Source: Perna viridis (taxonomy: Eukaryota). Taken from it: a stretch of 64,000 nt of DNA. The DNA lies in NCBI GenBank assembly GCA_037379345.1, contig CM074516.1, positions 45,731,626-45,795,625 on the forward strand, in the 5' to 3' direction. How positions within the stretch are numbered: position 1 is the first letter of the stretch; each line of letters starts with the position of its first letter. The position numbers and the translations under genes are program-made. Shown here one piece after another: positions 59,762 through 64,000 of the stretch. The notes under the pieces were generated by a model. It was not told the origin of the DNA, did not search any database, and saw only the letters and a program-made list of their open reading frames with translations.

Positions 59762-62604
59762 TTGTTTTATTCCCTTGCCTATGAATTACCAGTACATGTA
59801 CTATTAATACTTTGATAAAATTGACCCCTTTGTTTCCTGCCTACTACTCAGTTTTTTCTTTCAATGAAATTTTGATTGGTGGTATTTTAAAGATGGAATG
59901 AAACAGTGTAAAAGATGTGATATTACAGGTTTGAGTTTTAAATGGCAGAGTTCGGATGAATTTTTTTTTTTATAATTCTTTAAAGTTCAAACAGAATGTA
60001 ATAGGCTATGTATGTGTTGCATGCATGGTAATGGAAATGTTTTGGGCAGTTAGATTATTATAAAGGAGTCCTGAGTAAAAGGCAAATATCAGTCCACTTT
60101 CATTGAATATTATATATGTTTAATTCTTTTTATTTAAGTTAATAAAAGGTAATAGATAAACTTACAAAGTCTACAAGAATGTAAAACGAGATGAGACAAT
60201 GCCTAACTTAACAATCAACTTTGTCTGTTGTACATAAAAATAGAGCAATATCTTGGAGAAAGTCTGTATGGTGCAAAGGATAATGAGAAAATGGGTTTCC
60301 ACCATCTTACTGGGAGATAGAGGGAACTCATCTATCATTCTCTTTGATGACACCTGTCTACAGGTGCTTAATTTAAGGTAATTGGCATTTCTGAACCTCT
60401 TTATGTTACAAAGTTAGCTGTCCTACAGGTGCTTGGTTTTTGGTAATTAGCTCATCTGTTTTCTTTGATGGGAACATTATCAGTTAGAGCCAGTATTTAG
60501 AAAGCAATCCTAACAGTCTTAACCTTTCAGCAATGTCTAGAATGAGATTGTAATGATGTCTTTATGACAAATACTGTTGATAGATTGATATAAAGTACTG
60601 TGTTATTACATCTAGTTACATGTAGGTTTAAATTGGTAGCCTGAAGTAGTGATTTCCTGTTTATGAGAGGGGTATTTCCAACATCTTATCAGCAGCATAT
60701 TCATTAAGCATGTTTACTGTGCTTAAACAATGGAGACTCCAACACATCTTGCTTTCAAGGTAATTATTTGGAAAATATGTTCATGATGGAGAAAAGATAT
60801 TGGTTTAACCAACAATATACAACGCTCAGTTCTTTTGATGATAGGATACACTTTCTCTTTGTCTTGCGTAGTTATTTTGTTTAACTTATTGTTGATTGTA
60901 CCCTATATCATCAATTGTTGATCGTACCTTGTTATTGACCTGTATCATCAATATTTTGTGAGTGCAAAACTTCAAAAACTTTGCATTGTGCTTTAAGGTG
61001 AAATTATGCACATTTATCTATTGCTATATGAAGATGTGCATATCAGATATTGGTAAAATTTAGGGGAATAATACCTGTCAACACTTCATTTTACTTAAAG
61101 CAAAAATCACAGGTATCGAGAGAAAAAAACTGTGCAGTTGTGAACAACAATATTTTTACAGAACATGTAGTTAAATAAAGTGTATTATTGTATTCTGTGC
61201 ATTATCAAACTTGGTTCAAGGTAAGTGACTTTTGTAAGGGTGGGACTCATTCTGACCTAATCCAGTTTTTATAGTGTTACATGCAGTTTAACTTGAAGAA
61301 TACACCACCTTAGCACTTTTGATAATGCATGCACCCAGAGGTGAAGATGGGGCACGATTCGGGCTCCTATTGGTTCCACATGTCTTCATTAATCCCTAAC
61401 CTGCTTTAGGGCTGTCAGATTTTGCAGACAGAAATGTGCAAGATTTGGCAATTTTTATTAAAGATCAAACAAAAAGTTTAAGGATCAAATGCATTGTGCT
61501 GAAAGATGATAGTGTATAAGTTGGCCTTGTGAGAAAAGTTTTGTTTTTATAATCCATTCTCATTGTACTAGTAAAAATAAATTGAATACTTAAAAGTATA
61601 ACATGTTCACAAATAAATGAGGCAAATCATTTGTCTTGTTTATCTATACTGAATGTCAATAGGAGCCCTAAGTTCAGAAAAAAAGTGTTTTTTTTTTTTT
61701 TTTTTCAAAAAAATTTTCTTTGAATCAGCATTTATGCCTAGCCCAGTTTTCTGTTGGAAGGGTTTCCTCACACTGGGTTGGACAGTGGACTGTTGCTGAC
61801 TTATGGAAGATTCATTGCAGATTTGTTTTCACCCTTACCCTCTGGAGGAGGTATATAGTGATTATGGTTACTGTCTATATATCTGTCTGTGCATTGGTCC
61901 ACAACTTTTTAGCTAGTACATCTTTTTCTGCAACAGCATATCACAGCTATTTGATATTAAGAGTGAAGCTCTATTTTTGTCTGCCATATCTTGGGATCAA
62001 GTTTTAGACTGTATTGACCTTCCAGTTGGAGTTTTTTTGTCCTTTATTTTACCATATGATTATTGGGAACAGGCAGTATCCTAAAGTGAGTTTGTCCTCA
62101 CAGTTTTATTGGTTGAATTCTGACAGTAAATGATTAATATTTTCTTTTCATGAAAAGTCAGGTTATAGCAGTCTCTTGGGAAGTCATTAATTTGCCTGAA
62201 TATCAAGGTCAATTTAAATTCTCTTTGACACTTTCATGCCCCTGGATTTTACAGTTTTATCCACCCCCCTCTAGGATTTATATTAGGATTAAAGGATCAT
62301 AATTTCTCTTGACCTTAATACACTGAAGTATTACACAACTTGGTAATACTGGAATCAGCTGGAATAATATGTCACAAGGTTATCAGAATGGCAAGAACAT
62401 TATATATTGATAATTAGTTTTAATAAGATGTCATAATTTTACATGGTAGATAATTGCCTTGACCAATGAAGCATTATACTGAATGTCAGTTATTTTTTGT
62501 GCATGAAATGTCATGAAATATTCTCCTAAAACATCTAAAGACCATTTATAATAAATTTCATCATGAGTTTCCAGATCAGCAAACAAGTTCGTATTTTCAC
62601 TTCT

Positions 62605-63367
62605 CAGCTATTACCAGTGTACATTGTCTCAGTCTTTAGTGGAGGCCAGGTTGTTCAGCTATTACCAGTGTACATTGTCCATGCACCCAGTCTTTAATGG
62701 AGGCCAGGTAGTACATTGTCCATTCAACCAGTCTTTAGTAGAGGCCAGGTAGTACATTGTCCATTCACCCAGTCTGTAGTGGAGACCAGGTTGTTCGGCT
62801 ATTACCAGTGTACATTGTCCATTCACCCAGTCTTTAGTGGAGACCAGGTTGTTCAGCTATCACCAGTGTACATTGTCTATTCACCCAGTCTTTAGTGGAG
62901 GCCAGGTAGTACATTGTCCATTCAACCAGTCTTTAGTGGAGGCCAGGTAGTACATTGTTCATTCAACCAGTCTTTAGTGGAGGCCAGGTAGTACATTGCC
63001 CATTCACCCAGTCTTTAGTGGAGACCATGTTGTTCAGCTATTACCAGTGTACATTGTCCATTCACCCAGGCTTCAATGGAGGCCAGGTAGTACATTGTCC
63101 ATTCACCCAGTCTGTAATGGAGACCAGGTTGTTCGGCTATTACCAGTGTACATTGTCCATTCACCCAGTCTGTAGTGGAGACCAGGTTGTTCAGCTATTA
63201 CCAGTGTACATTGTCCATTCACCCAGTCTTTAGTGGAGACCAGGTTGTTCAGCTATCACTATTGTACATTGTCCATTCACCCAGTCTGTAGTGGAGACCA
63301 GGTTGTTCAGCTATCACCAGTGTACATTGTCCATTCACCCAGTCTGTAGTGGAGACCAGGTTGTTCA
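62605..63367 (+). repeat. Composite minisatellite of 58-bp and 41-bp units (GTACATTGTCCATTCACCCAGTCTTTAGTGGAG(A/G)CCAGGT...)
   Basis: Interleaved long and short units. Confidence 0.95.
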
Positions 63368-64000
63368 TTTACTTTTGTTTCTATATGTTGTGTGTGTGTC
63401 TATTTTCTGTGTCTAGTTGTTGTCCTTTGATTATGTGTTTTTTTATTACTGTTCTAATCCTGGTTCCCTTGATTCCCCCTTTTTTTTAAACTATGGCAGA
63501 GACAATAAACCTACTGATATTCTTAAATCTAGTAATTAACTGCAGATGAAATAGATGATTTTTTTTTGTAACGTTGTATAATTCAGGTGTAATGAGGTAG
63601 ATTTGATCGTAATGATATCTTATAAAAACAGCAAGCCTTGTTTGATAGGAATGGCCTATCGACATTGATGTTACTGATTGTTCACATATCATATAAGCAC
63701 TCTAACAGCCCACCTGCTGGCAGAGAAATATACAAAACCAATGTTATGATTAAGGATAACTTGTATGGTTTATATATTGCCTGAAGATCAATTGATTCAA
63801 TAACCAACTTCTCTCAGGTAGATACAGGTAAAAGACGTTATGGATTAGTTCTAATTAATCTGTGGCTTTCGGACGGTGCCATAATTAGTGACCTGCCGGT
63901 AACTGGTAATCTAGTATGACAGGAAATTAAATATGATTCCAAATGAGGTAAAAATATTTTTGGATTTGTTTTGTGTGTAATATTCATTTATTGTATTTAA

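Noticed and set aside
50264-63233. ORFs 50264-50488 and 62955-63233 and other 60-95 aa ORFs in the second half
   Set aside because: Repeat-derived or compositionally intron-like (F/I/L/K-rich), with no motifs or consistent splice context.

Overview
AT-rich eukaryotic (animal) genomic DNA. The repeat families resemble those of bivalve molluscs, possibly a mussel (inference). The first half (800-31876, + strand) holds 24 coding exons of TEX11/ZIP4/SPO22, the meiotic TPR crossover scaffold. I reconstructed these by hand: all have GT-AG boundaries, phases are continuous, and they total ~797 codons, with the N-terminus lying upstream of the window. A complete 3-coding-exon NNMT/INMT/PNMT-family N-methyltransferase gene (261 aa) is nested antisense in one TEX11 intron. 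One TEX11 exon end has been amplified, together with its splice donor, into an in-frame 27-bp minisatellite that creates up to ~10 alternative donors. Introns and the second half contain many minisatellites, MITEs with CAG...CTG ends and 5-6 bp TSDs, Helentron/HINE-like elements, a young structured SINE-like insertion with a 13-bp TSD, a decayed hAT transposase and LINE/RT remnants. The second half has no recognisable coding gene apart from a possible 5' end (non-coding exon plus first coding exon, ~35.6-38.4 kb) of an unidentified + strand gene. There is one assembly gap (17590-17735). All homology calls are from recognising motifs by eye, not from database searches.
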